From NCBI GenBank assembly GCA_964515785.1, contig CAZEWH010000006.1, forward strand, positions 4,182 to 58,720: a DNA stretch of 54,539 bases. The letters are read 5' to 3'. Positions 27,612 to 39,341 of this stretch are shown piece after piece. The notes under the pieces were generated by a model, which worked only from the letters and a program-made list of their open reading frames with translations, did no database searches and had not been told where the DNA came from. The position numbers were made by a program, and so were the translations under genes. The DNA is from an uncultured Gammaproteobacteria bacterium. Lineage in GTDB: Bacteria > Patescibacteriota > Patescibacteriia > UBA1558 > GWA2-36-10. Numbering within the stretch: the first letter of the stretch is position 1; the number at the start of each line of letters is the position of its first letter.

Positions 27612-28029
27612 GGGGATGTTTACTATTCGATGACAAATCGAATAATATATGGCAAGCAGCCTTGATCTCTTAAAGATCATAAATAAGTGCAAAAAACACT
27701 TTAGCCAAAGTTAGAGAGCTCTTCCGAGTACCTCAACTGGCACCAGTTTTAGCATAAATATGCTACGACCGTTCCTAGTTTAGTGAGCCTGAAGCTAGTT
27801 AGGGACGCCATTTTATCAGGCTAGAAATATGTAGTGTTGGTATGCATATTTTAAAATTTTATCAAATCGGTTATTAGTTTTTTGTCAATCCACGCCTTTG
27901 GCGGGATTGATCCCGCAATATGCGGCGATCAATTTTTAAGCTAATAACTTAAACATAAAACTGACTAAGCTTGTAGGCATATATTAAGACATTTGCCAGA
28001 CAGGGGTGTAATCCCCCTCATCTCCACCA
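27612..28029 (+). ncRNA. ssrA: tmRNA
   Basis: 5' GGGGATG pairs with CATCTCC-ACCA (G3-U wobble); T-arm AGGGG-TGTAATC-CCCCT; ATAAGT-GCA resume site; tag ORF 27689-27757 AKNTLAKVRELFRVPQLAPVLA*; 3 nt after smpB. Confidence 0.93.
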
Positions 28030-28176
28030 CCCTTCGTTCCGCAAAGCGGAACTTCGGATGGCGGGCCATTACAACGCCTGATCATTCGTGATAAACTCTA
28101 AAGGTTTTATAAGGGACCCGTCCTCCGTAGCTTTTTTATCATTCGAAGCCTTGGCGAAGAATGAAGCGCAGGAGGA
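28030..28176. repeat. REP-like palindrome cluster between ssrA and infC
   Basis: CCTTC-GTTCCGC-AAA-GCGGAAC-TTCGGATGG and TCCTCCGTAGCT..[TCATTCGAAGCCTTGGCGAAGAATGA]AGCGCAGGAGGA. Confidence 0.6.
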
Positions 28177-28202
28177 ACCAATTAAATAATTAAAATAAAT
28201 AT

Positions 28203-28730
28203 ATCAGAGGTAGAAGACGTTATAAACCAAAAGACACCACAAAAAAATTCCGTTTCAACGATCATATTCGTGTACCTGAAGTAATGGTTATTGATGATCA
28301 GGGAAACAGTTTGGGTGTCTTGGCTACAGATCAAGCTTTGGCTTTGGCCCAAGAAAAAGGTATGGATCTCATAGAGGTCTCTCCCCTAGCCAAGCCGCCT
28401 GTCTGTAAAATTTTGGACTACGGCAAATTTCAGTATCAACAAGGTCGTAGCCAACAAAAAACCAAAAAAACTGAAACCAAAGGTGTTCGCCTATCTTTCA
28501 AAATTGGTGAACATGATATGGAAGTCAAAGAAAAACAAGTACATAAATTTTTAGAACAAGGTCACAAAGTCAAAGTTGAATTACGCTTGCGTGGCCGAGA
28601 AAGAGCTTTTCGTAATAAAGCCAAAGAAGTTGTTCAAACATTTTTGGATAAATTGACTGTTGAATATAAACAAGAAAAGCCAATTGAAATCCAGGGTCCA
28701 ACCCTATCAGTTATTATTAGCAAACGATAA
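28203..28730 (+). CDS. infC: Translation initiation factor IF-3 with non-AUG (ATC) start
   Basis: Frame open from 28194; ATC 28203 restores N-terminal ..FNDHIRVPEV; AKPPVCKILDYGKF, RLRGRE. Confidence 0.92.
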   Translation: MRGRRRYKPKDTTKKFRFNDHIRVPEVMVIDDQGNSLGVLATDQALALAQEKGMDLIEVSPLAKPPVCKILDYGKFQYQQGRSQQKTKKTETKGVRLSFKIGEHDMEVKEKQVHKFLEQGHKVKVELRLRGRERAFRNKAKEVVQTFLDKLTVEYKQEKPIEIQGPTLSVIISKR

Positions 28731-28740
28731 AAAAACTGTT

Positions 28741-28941
28741 ATGAAAATGAAAACCAAGAAAGTGCTACAGAAGAGAGTAAAAATCACTGGTGGCAAAAAG
28801 AAAAAAATTATGATCAGGGCTGGTGGCCAAGATCATTTTAATAGTAGAGAATCTGGCAAAGTGATGCGTAATAAAAGACGTGATAAAGCTATCTCAAAAG
28901 CCAATGTTAAAAATGTTAAAAAACTATTACCTTATTTATAA
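28741..28941 (+). CDS. rpmI: 50S ribosomal protein L35
   Basis: MKMKTKK...KRVKITG, ends KKLLPY; between infC and rplT. Confidence 0.9.
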   Translation: MKMKTKKVLQKRVKITGGKKKKIMIRAGGQDHFNSRESGKVMRNKRRDKAISKANVKNVKKLLPYL

Positions 28942-28947
28942 AAAACT

Positions 28948-29292
28948 ATGCCTAGAGTAAAACGTGGCGTTACACATGTAAAAAGACGCAAAAATATCCT
29001 CAAAAAAACCAAAGGTTATAAATGGGGACGAAAAAAGAAAACTAAGCAAGCTCAAGAAGCTATTCTTCATGCTGGTACTCATGCTTTGCGTGATCGCAAA
29101 AAGAAAAAAAGAGTAAATCGCCGTTTGTGGCAAACTAAGCTAAATGCAGCTTTACGAACTTTAGATACCAAATATTCTGTATTTATTGACTTATTGAAAA
29201 AAAATAACTGTGAACTAGACCGTAAAGTCCTATCACAGTTGGCTGAAGAAAATCCCAAGGCCTTTGCTAAAATAGTAAAAAGCTTTAAATAA
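28948..29292 (+). CDS. rplT: 50S ribosomal protein L20
   Basis: MPRVKRG, KGY, RDRKKKKR..RRLW, LDRKVLSQLA. Confidence 0.97.
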   Translation: MPRVKRGVTHVKRRKNILKKTKGYKWGRKKKTKQAQEAILHAGTHALRDRKKKKRVNRRLWQTKLNAALRTLDTKYSVFIDLLKKNNCELDRKVLSQLAEENPKAFAKIVKSFK

Positions 29293-29298
29293 TATTAT

Positions 29299-29384
29299 CT
29301 AACCCCCAAACCCCCTTAACAGGGGGCTTTTTGTTTTTGCAAAAAATATTCCTCCCCTGTCAAGGGGAGGTCGGGAGGGGTTAG
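29299..29384. repeat. Inverted REP-like doublet; left copy doubles as rplT terminator
   Basis: CTAACCCCCAAACCCCCTTAACAGGGGGC (then T tract) is a degenerate inverse of TTCCTCCCCTGTCAAGGGGAGGTCGGGAGGGGTTAG. Confidence 0.6.
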
Positions 29385-29397
29385 GGCAAGATTTTTT

Positions 29398-29811
29398 TTA
29401 TTTTCTCTCGCCTCGCTTTGCTTTGGCGAAGCGGGTCAAAAATTTATTGGGTGGCCACGAGCTATACAAAGCTGTACCAAATAATACCCCAATAGAGTCT
29501 ATAAGTATATCTTTGGCTGAGCCATAACGAAATGGCACAAAGGCTTGATGATATTCATCTATAAAAGCATAAGCAATCACAGCAACTATTACAAAATAAA
29601 TATAAGCGCGTTTATATTTGCTAAAACTTGAAATCAAGAAATAACTCAAGATAAAAAATACAAAAATATGAGCTAGTTTACGCAAAATAAAATCTTGCCA
29701 ACTTGGCAAAGCGCTTTGTAGATTAGGAATAGATGATAAATAAAAAATAAGCAAGCCCCAAACAGCAGCTGCTATAAAAAATAAAATCTGTGTTTTTTCT
29801 TGTTTGGTCAT
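29398..29811 (-). CDS. VanZ-family membrane protein
   Basis: LIFYLSSIP, LRKLAH, YAFIDEYHQAFVPFR.GS.KDILID. Confidence 0.88.
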   Translation of the reverse strand: MTKQEKTQILFFIAAAVWGLLIFYLSSIPNLQSALPSWQDFILRKLAHIFVFFILSYFLISSFSKYKRAYIYFVIVAVIAYAFIDEYHQAFVPFRYGSAKDILIDSIGVLFGTALYSSWPPNKFLTRFAKAKRGERK

Positions 29812-29814
29812 TTA

Positions 29815-30429
29815 TTAATATTCTATTATTTCCACTTCAGTTTCACCAGTTTCAGAATTATATAATCTAGATACTGTTTGTATTTTTGTTATATCCCCAG
29901 ATTCTAAAGATAAATGCCAAGTAGTAGCTGAGGAAATGGGGCCATCACCAAAAGTTGAATCAAAAGAAACAGTTGTATCATCAAGAAATATAAATTTAGT
30001 CATCTCACTTAAAAACCCTTCAAAATATGTCAAAAAACGAGGTGCAGGATTAACTCCATATTTACTTTGAGTTTCAACAAAAAAATAACAATCAGCTGGA
30101 GAATATAAACCTCCACACGAATCATGATTGGCCTTGCCGGTCCGTTCAGTAGCTAATACTAATATATAATCTGAGCTGGTAGAAAAAGCTAAATTTAAAA
30201 CCTTAAAAGATGAATTTAAATAATCATTTACATCAAATGAAGATTCACTATCAGTCTCAGTTGCATTTTCCTCATTTACCTCATTATTAGCTAAAGGTAA
30301 TGATAATACATGAGCTATTTCAATTTCTTTCCAAGAAAAAATTCCAACAATAAAAATAGCTCCAAGTATTCCAGTAATTATGATAACTTGAATGATATCT
30401 ATACTGCCTTTTGTATTTAATATTTTCAT
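29815..30429 (-). CDS. Hypothetical membrane-anchored protein
   Basis: N-terminal TM, extracellular domain with two Cys. Confidence 0.7.
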   Translation of the reverse strand: MKILNTKGSIDIIQVIIITGILGAIFIVGIFSWKEIEIAHVLSLPLANNEVNEENATETDSESSFDVNDYLNSSFKVLNLAFSTSSDYILVLATERTGKANHDSCGGLYSPADCYFFVETQSKYGVNPAPRFLTYFEGFLSEMTKFIFLDDTTVSFDSTFGDGPISSATTWHLSLESGDITKIQTVSRLYNSETGETEVEIIEY

Positions 30430-30458
30430 ATTTTTATATTTATATTATAATAGATTAA

Positions 30459-30971
30459 TTAAAATTCTGCATTAGGAAAATAAAACCACATAACCATTAA
30501 TGATAAAACAATAAAAATAGATGATATTAATAAGTCTCTCTTATTAATTTTCTTATTTTTAGTCCATCTAACTAAATTATAAAAACCAATAAAAGCATTA
30601 CTAGATAATGCTATATACACTAAAAAAGGCCCAAAAGATTGATCTTTTAAAAATGGACTACCAAAAATTATAAGAATTGAAATAATAAATATTTTATTAG
30701 GATTTTTTACTTTTTCCTCCAACCTTTCATATCCTTTATCAGGCACACTTTGTTTTTCTTTAGAAATTTTTTGTACATCTTTCAATTTCTGTCTTTGATT
30801 AATTTGTTTTTTTTCCTGAAAAAAAGTAATAATTAACAAAAGAATCCCAATAAACATCAATGTACCTATGACAAGCATTATGGCAGAATCTTCATTTATT
30901 GCTCCAACTACCATCATCAAAACCCATAAAATCCCAACAAAGATAGCTACATTTTTCATTGTTAATTTCAT
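30459..30971 (-). CDS. Hypothetical multi-TM protein; probable start ATG 30971
   Basis: Several hydrophobic segments; TGGTATAAT 6 nt upstream of ATG. Confidence 0.7.
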   Translation of the reverse strand: MKLTMKNVAIFVGILWVLMMVVGAINEDSAIMLVIGTLMFIGILLLIITFFQEKKQINQRQKLKDVQKISKEKQSVPDKGYERLEEKVKNPNKIFIISILIIFGSPFLKDQSFGPFLVYIALSSNAFIGFYNLVRWTKNKKINKRDLLISSIFIVLSLMVMWFYFPNAEF

Positions 30972-31045
30972 AAACAAATTATACCAAAAAATCGCCTAAA
31001 TGGCGATAAATGGCGTGCCACGTGATAAGCGACAGCGAATATACG

Positions 31046-31122
31046 TGGCGGGATGGAAGGGACTCGAACCCTCGACCTCCTGCGTGACAGGCAGGCGTTC
31101 TAACCAACTGAACTACCACCCC
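31046..31122 (-). tRNA. tRNA-Asp(GTC)
   Basis: GGGGTGGTAGTTCAGTTGGTTAGAACGCCTGCCTGTCACGCAGGAGGTCGAGGGTTCGAGTCCCTTCCATCCCGCCA; 77 nt, encoded CCA. Confidence 0.97.
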
Positions 31123-31147
31123 GCGTATAAAACAAAAGTATAATACA

Positions 31148-31954
31148 CTATTTTTTAGACTTTGGCAAGGGCTTAAAAGCTAGCATAAAAATCAAGGCAA
31201 TAGCTGCTATTATAATGACTAAACTAATCAACTGAGGTAGTCTAAAACCCCAAAGTATAAAAGTCTCATCTATACGCACAAATTCCATAAAAAATCGAAT
31301 AATAGAGTAGCTAATGAAATAGCTAAGTGTAATAATACCTGCTTTTAACTTAGATATTTTTAAAGCAAAATGCAAAATAATAAACAAAATCAAATTCAAT
31401 ATAGATTCAAAGAAAAAAGCTGGTTGAAAATGAGAAAAATATTGATAGCCCTCTATTCTATTGATTTCAGCAATAGGAATCCCCCACCACTTATCAGTCG
31501 GTGTACCATAAAGCTCTTGATTAAAATAATTTCCCCAACGGCCAATAAATTGTCCTAGAGCTACAGCTGGAACTAATCTATCAAACAATTTCCAAAAATT
31601 TATTTTATTATAACGAGACCAAATAATAATAGTAATCAAACCACCAAGTAATGCTCCTTGAATAGAAATACCACCGTGCCATATTTTAAAAATATCCACA
31701 GGGTTGGCCATATAATAAGCCCATTCAAAAAAGAAAACATGCCCCAGACGAGCTCCTAATAAACCAAAAATTATAATATAAAAAAACAAGTCATCTACTT
31801 GTTTGGATAATAAAACTTTTTTCTTTATCAAAGAATGACCAGCATAAAAACTAGCTAAAACAATAGCTATGACCAAAATCAATCCATACCATCTAATTGG
31901 TAATGGACCAAAGCTAAACAAAATCGGATCTGGTATCCAAGTTTGCCACCACAT
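31148..31954 (-). CDS. lgt: Prolipoprotein diacylglyceryl transferase
   Basis: IRWYG, GARLGHV, IWHGGISIQG, GRWGNYFNQELYG, RFFMEFVR. Confidence 0.95.
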   Translation of the reverse strand: MWWQTWIPDPILFSFGPLPIRWYGLILVIAIVLASFYAGHSLIKKKVLLSKQVDDLFFYIIIFGLLGARLGHVFFFEWAYYMANPVDIFKIWHGGISIQGALLGGLITIIIWSRYNKINFWKLFDRLVPAVALGQFIGRWGNYFNQELYGTPTDKWWGIPIAEINRIEGYQYFSHFQPAFFFESILNLILFIILHFALKISKLKAGIITLSYFISYSIIRFFMEFVRIDETFILWGFRLPQLISLVIIIAAIALIFMLAFKPLPKSKK

Positions 31955-32725
31955 TTAATAAGTTTCTTTAAGAATAAAACCAATAATTTCTTCCCACACA
32001 TTATAAGGTATGGCACCTGGTATCAAATTCCCATTTACCAAATAACTAGGTGTACCTACCACACCAGCTTGAACACCATCAGCATAATCTTGCCTAATTT
32101 CTTGAGAAAACTTTTCACTATCAAAGCAACTATCAAATTGTTGTTCATTGAGTCCAAATTGATTAGCTAATTTTTTGATATTAGTTTTGCTAAAATCACC
32201 TTGATTGTCAAACAAAATATCACGAAACTCCCAATAACGACCTTGTTCATTGGCACAATCTGCAGCTAGATGAGCATTAAAAACATCAGGATGTAAACCT
32301 TCAGTAGGAAAATCTTTGCTAATAAAACGCACAATAGAGCTAAACTTTGTCATCATCTGCCTAATATTTTCTTGATCTTCTTTACAAAATGGACAGGCAA
32401 AAGATTCAAAACCAACTATATAAATCAAAGGCTCCTCTGCTCCCAACCAAGGATCATCTCCAGTAAATAAATCAGCAGTAGCTATCTGTCTTTCCTGAAA
32501 TTGCTCAGCTGTAATCCAAAGATTATTTTCTGCAATATAAATATCGCCATTATTGATATGCCTAATATTACTGATAGTCATAAAAACAAAATACAATAAA
32601 TATAAGATAAAAAATATAGCAATCAAAATCAATAATATGCCCCACCAACGTTTTGACCATTTTTTATAATAGCTACCAGCCACTGCATCAGCTAATCGCT
32701 CTTTTATTTTACTTTGAACTCCCAT
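31955..32725 (-). CDS. Membrane-anchored DsbA/BdbD-family thiol-disulfide oxidoreductase
   Basis: CPFC active site, KDFP, AHLAADCA, cis-Pro GVVGTPS. Confidence 0.88.
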   Translation of the reverse strand: MGVQSKIKERLADAVAGSYYKKWSKRWWGILLILIAIFFILYLLYFVFMTISNIRHINNGDIYIAENNLWITAEQFQERQIATADLFTGDDPWLGAEEPLIYIVGFESFACPFCKEDQENIRQMMTKFSSIVRFISKDFPTEGLHPDVFNAHLAADCANEQGRYWEFRDILFDNQGDFSKTNIKKLANQFGLNEQQFDSCFDSEKFSQEIRQDYADGVQAGVVGTPSYLVNGNLIPGAIPYNVWEEIIGFILKETY

Positions 32726-32742
32726 ATGATTGATTATAAATA

Positions 32743-34161
32743 TTATAAATTTTCAATATAATTTCCTAACATAAATAATTTTGACTCTTGATAAACATCA
32801 GCTAGCAATTGCATGCCAATTGGCAAATTATTTTTGTCTTTAGCAGTTGGCAATACCAAACCACAAATGCCAGCTACATTGGCAGAAACTGTAAAAACAT
32901 CAGATAAATACATCTGAACTGGATCATTGACTTTATCTCCTAGTTTAAAAGCGGTTGTTGGAGTAGCTGGTGTCAATAAAACATCAACCTCTCTAAAAAC
33001 CTTGGCAAAATCTGCTTTGATCAAAGTCCTGACCTTTTGTGCTTGTTTGTAATAAGCATCATAATATCCAGCTGATAAAATATAAGTACCCAACATAATA
33101 CGACGTTTGCTCTCTGCACCAAAACCAGTTGATCGGACTGTCTTATACCATTCATCCAAAGTCAAATTTTTATTAGCCTCTAGGCCATAGAGTAAGCCAT
33201 CATAACGAGCTAAATTTGAACTGACCTCAGCTGGCATCAATAAATAATAAGCAGCTAAAGCATAATCTGTATAAGGTAGACTAACTTCTTTGATTTGAAA
33301 ACCCTGATTTTTTAATTGTTCTATTTTGTTTTCTAAAGCTGATTTTGTTTCATCTTGAATATCATCACTAAAATATTCTTTAGGGATGCCTATGATTAAT
33401 TTTTTGGGATCTTGATTGATAGCCTCTAGATAATCATCTGCTTTAGTTTTACTACTAGTTGCGTCTTTGGGATCAAAACCAGCCATGGTCTGCAAAATAT
33501 AAGCTGTATCTTTGACGCTATTGGTCATTGGTCCTATCTGATCCAATGAAGAAGCCATAGCCATAGAACCATAACGGGATACTCGCCCATAACTTGGCTT
33601 TATTCCATATATTCCACAAAAACTAGCTGGCTGACGAATAGAGCCTCCTGTGTCTGTACCCAAGGCTATTGGCGCAATATTGGCAGCTATCGCGGCTGCT
33701 GAGCCCCCAGATGAGCCTCCAGGCACTCGTGACATGTCATGAGGGTTTAGCACAGGACCAAAATGAGAATTTTCATTGGAAGAGCCCATAGCAAATTCAT
33801 CACAATTGGTCTTGCCCAATATCACCATACCAGCATCTTTTAGTCTTTGGACAGCTGTAGCTGTATAGCTAGCTACATAATTTGCTAAAATTTTGGAAGC
33901 ACCAGTGCTTTTCAAATCTTTTACCAAAATAATATCTTTAACAGCCAAAGGTACACCAGTCAATGGCGTAGCTTTGTCTGTACCTAATAATTCATCAGCT
34001 TGCTTAGCCTCATCTAAGGCATTATCATTTATATTAATAAAAGAATTGGTTTTATCATTGTGAATTGCTTTGAGATATTCTTTGGTCAGTTCCAAACAAG
34101 AATAATCGCCAGCTTTGTAAGCTGCTTGAATTTTGCTAATTGTAAGATTTTTGATATCCAT
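32743..34161 (-). CDS. gatA: Asp/Glu-tRNA amidotransferase subunit A
   Basis: GKTNCDEFAMGSS, PGGSSGGS, GTDTGGSIRQP, RRIMLGT. Confidence 0.97.
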   Translation of the reverse strand: MDIKNLTISKIQAAYKAGDYSCLELTKEYLKAIHNDKTNSFININDNALDEAKQADELLGTDKATPLTGVPLAVKDIILVKDLKSTGASKILANYVASYTATAVQRLKDAGMVILGKTNCDEFAMGSSNENSHFGPVLNPHDMSRVPGGSSGGSAAAIAANIAPIALGTDTGGSIRQPASFCGIYGIKPSYGRVSRYGSMAMASSLDQIGPMTNSVKDTAYILQTMAGFDPKDATSSKTKADDYLEAINQDPKKLIIGIPKEYFSDDIQDETKSALENKIEQLKNQGFQIKEVSLPYTDYALAAYYLLMPAEVSSNLARYDGLLYGLEANKNLTLDEWYKTVRSTGFGAESKRRIMLGTYILSAGYYDAYYKQAQKVRTLIKADFAKVFREVDVLLTPATPTTAFKLGDKVNDPVQMYLSDVFTVSANVAGICGLVLPTAKDKNNLPIGMQLLADVYQESKLFMLGNYIENL

Positions 34162-34162
34162 A

Positions 34163-37310
<3,148 letters not shown>

Positions 37311-37311
37311 T

Positions 37312-37941
37312 TTATCTTTTATAAACACGGGAAGCTATAGTTGTTTGTAATAAATGTGAAACTTGTTCTCTGGAACTAGTAGAACGATAAGTAGAACGCA
37401 ATCTTATAGTAACCACCGGATGAAGGTTGGTTGTAATACTATCAAATGGATTTTCGCTTGGGTTTACATAAAAATATAAATCTTCTACGTTTATATTATT
37501 GACATCTCGTGACAACAATTCTGTATATGAATCATAATCATCCAAGGCCCAAGCACAGGTAGAATAATCACTATTACAAGTAGGCGTAATATACAATAAT
37601 TTTTGATCAGTAGTGGTAGTAAAGGCTACCATCTGCCCACCTTCTCTAACCATTAATAAACAATTGACATAACCCGCACCCAAAACATCTACACAAGTAC
37701 TGCTATTATAAGGATCATATTCATAAATCTCGCTATTTCTAATCTCACGAGTCATGGTTTCTAGTGTAAATTGACTATCATTGAGTACTTGTTGAGAAAT
37801 TTGAGTACGAGTCTGCATCTTTGTAAAAGCCACATAAATAACCGATAATAAAATAGCCAAGATGGCAAAAACAGAAACAGCTACCAAGACTTCTACCAAG
37901 GTAAAACCAGTTTTATTTTGTTTTATATTTTTTATAATCAT
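37312..37941 (-). CDS. PilW-like minor pilin
   Basis: Class III signal G/FTLVEVLV; LETMTREIR. Confidence 0.82.
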   Translation of the reverse strand: MIIKNIKQNKTGFTLVEVLVAVSVFAILAILLSVIYVAFTKMQTRTQISQQVLNDSQFTLETMTREIRNSEIYEYDPYNSSTCVDVLGAGYVNCLLMVREGGQMVAFTTTTDQKLLYITPTCNSDYSTCAWALDDYDSYTELLSRDVNNINVEDLYFYVNPSENPFDSITTNLHPVVTIRLRSTYRSTSSREQVSHLLQTTIASRVYKR

Positions 37942-38645
37942 CGACGCCAATTATATAAATATTCTACAGCTTTTACGTTGTGTTCTTCACCAAAAGCATA
38001 CCAGCCTACTATAGAAGTCACCCTCAGGCCAATCTTTTCATGCCCAGGATAATTGACACAATTGATTTCATCAAGATCTATTTCTTCTGTAATCCCATCA
38101 TAACATATAGCTTGCAAGCTAATCATTCTTTTGAAATGTGACAAATAATCACTACTACTATTGTCATGGAAAAAGAACCTATCCTCAGTGTCTGCGTCTG
38201 GATTATATTGCAAGCGACAAAATTCACTACCAGCTGTATCGCAAGCAGTAATACAATCTTCAACAGAATCTCCATTATCACAAGTGCCAAACAAAGTTTT
38301 GATAGGAGAGGTTAAATAAAATGATTCATAGTCAACCAAAAAACGACGATCATTTTGATTTTTCATATAATAATCCCAAGTACAAAAATCAACTGCTGGA
38401 TCACCACATAGTTCATTGTTGTCAATCCTCAACCAATTACTGTCCCGAACATATCTAACTAGCTCTATGCCCTCGCGAGCCAAGTCAGCGGCCATGACTC
38501 TATTATAATTTTCTTTGTCTACCCGCCAATTGCCCAGCGCCAAAGTAAAGGCAGCCATAATACCAATACTAAAAACAGCAATAGCTATTAGTAATTCTAT
38601 TAGAGTAAAACCTGATTGATTATTTTTGCTTTTTCTATATTTCAT
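37938..38645 (-). CDS. PilV-like minor pilin, Cys-containing head
   Basis: G/FTLIELLI; LAREGIELVR. Confidence 0.82.
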   Translation of the reverse strand: MKYRKSKNNQSGFTLIELLIAIAVFSIGIMAAFTLALGNWRVDKENYNRVMAADLAREGIELVRYVRDSNWLRIDNNELCGDPAVDFCTWDYYMKNQNDRRFLVDYESFYLTSPIKTLFGTCDNGDSVEDCITACDTAGSEFCRLQYNPDADTEDRFFFHDNSSSDYLSHFKRMISLQAICYDGITEEIDLDEINCVNYPGHEKIGLRVTSIVGWYAFGEEHNVKAVEYLYNWRR

Positions 38646-38657
38646 TTAGAAAATAAA

Positions 38658-39332
38658 TTATTTAGGAATCGGATCTTCATTTTGACCAACTGGTTTATCC
38701 CAATCTATTTCTTGATAGTTTGGTGTCCCCAAACTAGCTTTGATCATACCGTCACTCATACCTTCAGCTACCTGTATCACTCCTGCATAGCCATTATTGG
38801 GATAACCGCCTTTGGGATTGACGATTTGAATAGCGTATTCTTGATCAGCACTAGCTGACAAGGTTGTATCTATTTCATCTTCAATTACAAAATTGAAACG
38901 AAAAGATTGAGTAGACAGCCAAGGTTCATTATTAACATCATTGAATTGCCAATCAGTATCTTCTAGATAAATTCTTTTGATATCTTGATCACCTTCTGGG
39001 GTATTGTAGCCAAAAGTTGGACCTTTGTCTGCATAAATAAAATAAAAGGCCGCCAAACCACCACTAGCCGGCCTAAAATCCACACCATAACCATTGGCTG
39101 GATAAACCGGACCATTGCCATCTTCAAAATCATGAGCTGTCCGTGATAAGGCCAAATTCCTAGCAAAACGAATATCAGAAGCTAATTGATCAGTAGCTTG
39201 CGCAACTCTTTTGTCGTCATTGTCACGAATATTAATGACAAAAATTGTAGTAATAATAGACATGATAACAACCACAAGCATCAATTCTATAAATGTAAAT
39301 CCTTGTTTATTTGTTATAATTTTTTTTATCAT
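38658..39332 (-). CDS. FimU/GspH-like minor pilin
   Basis: G/FTFIELML; LASDIRFARNLAL. Confidence 0.82.
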   Translation of the reverse strand: MIKKIITNKQGFTFIELMLVVVIMSIITTIFVINIRDNDDKRVAQATDQLASDIRFARNLALSRTAHDFEDGNGPVYPANGYGVDFRPASGGLAAFYFIYADKGPTFGYNTPEGDQDIKRIYLEDTDWQFNDVNNEPWLSTQSFRFNFVIEDEIDTTLSASADQEYAIQIVNPKGGYPNNGYAGVIQVAEGMSDGMIKASLGTPNYQEIDWDKPVGQNEDPIPK

Positions 39333-39341
39333 ATTATTATT

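Noticed and set aside
27899-27907. TGGCGGGAT match to the tRNA-Asp 3' end as a possible att site
   Set aside because: Only 9 nt and part of a REP-like hairpin
28030-28200. Prophage or island integrated at ssrA
   Set aside because: No integrase or duplicated ssrA 3' end; infC follows directly
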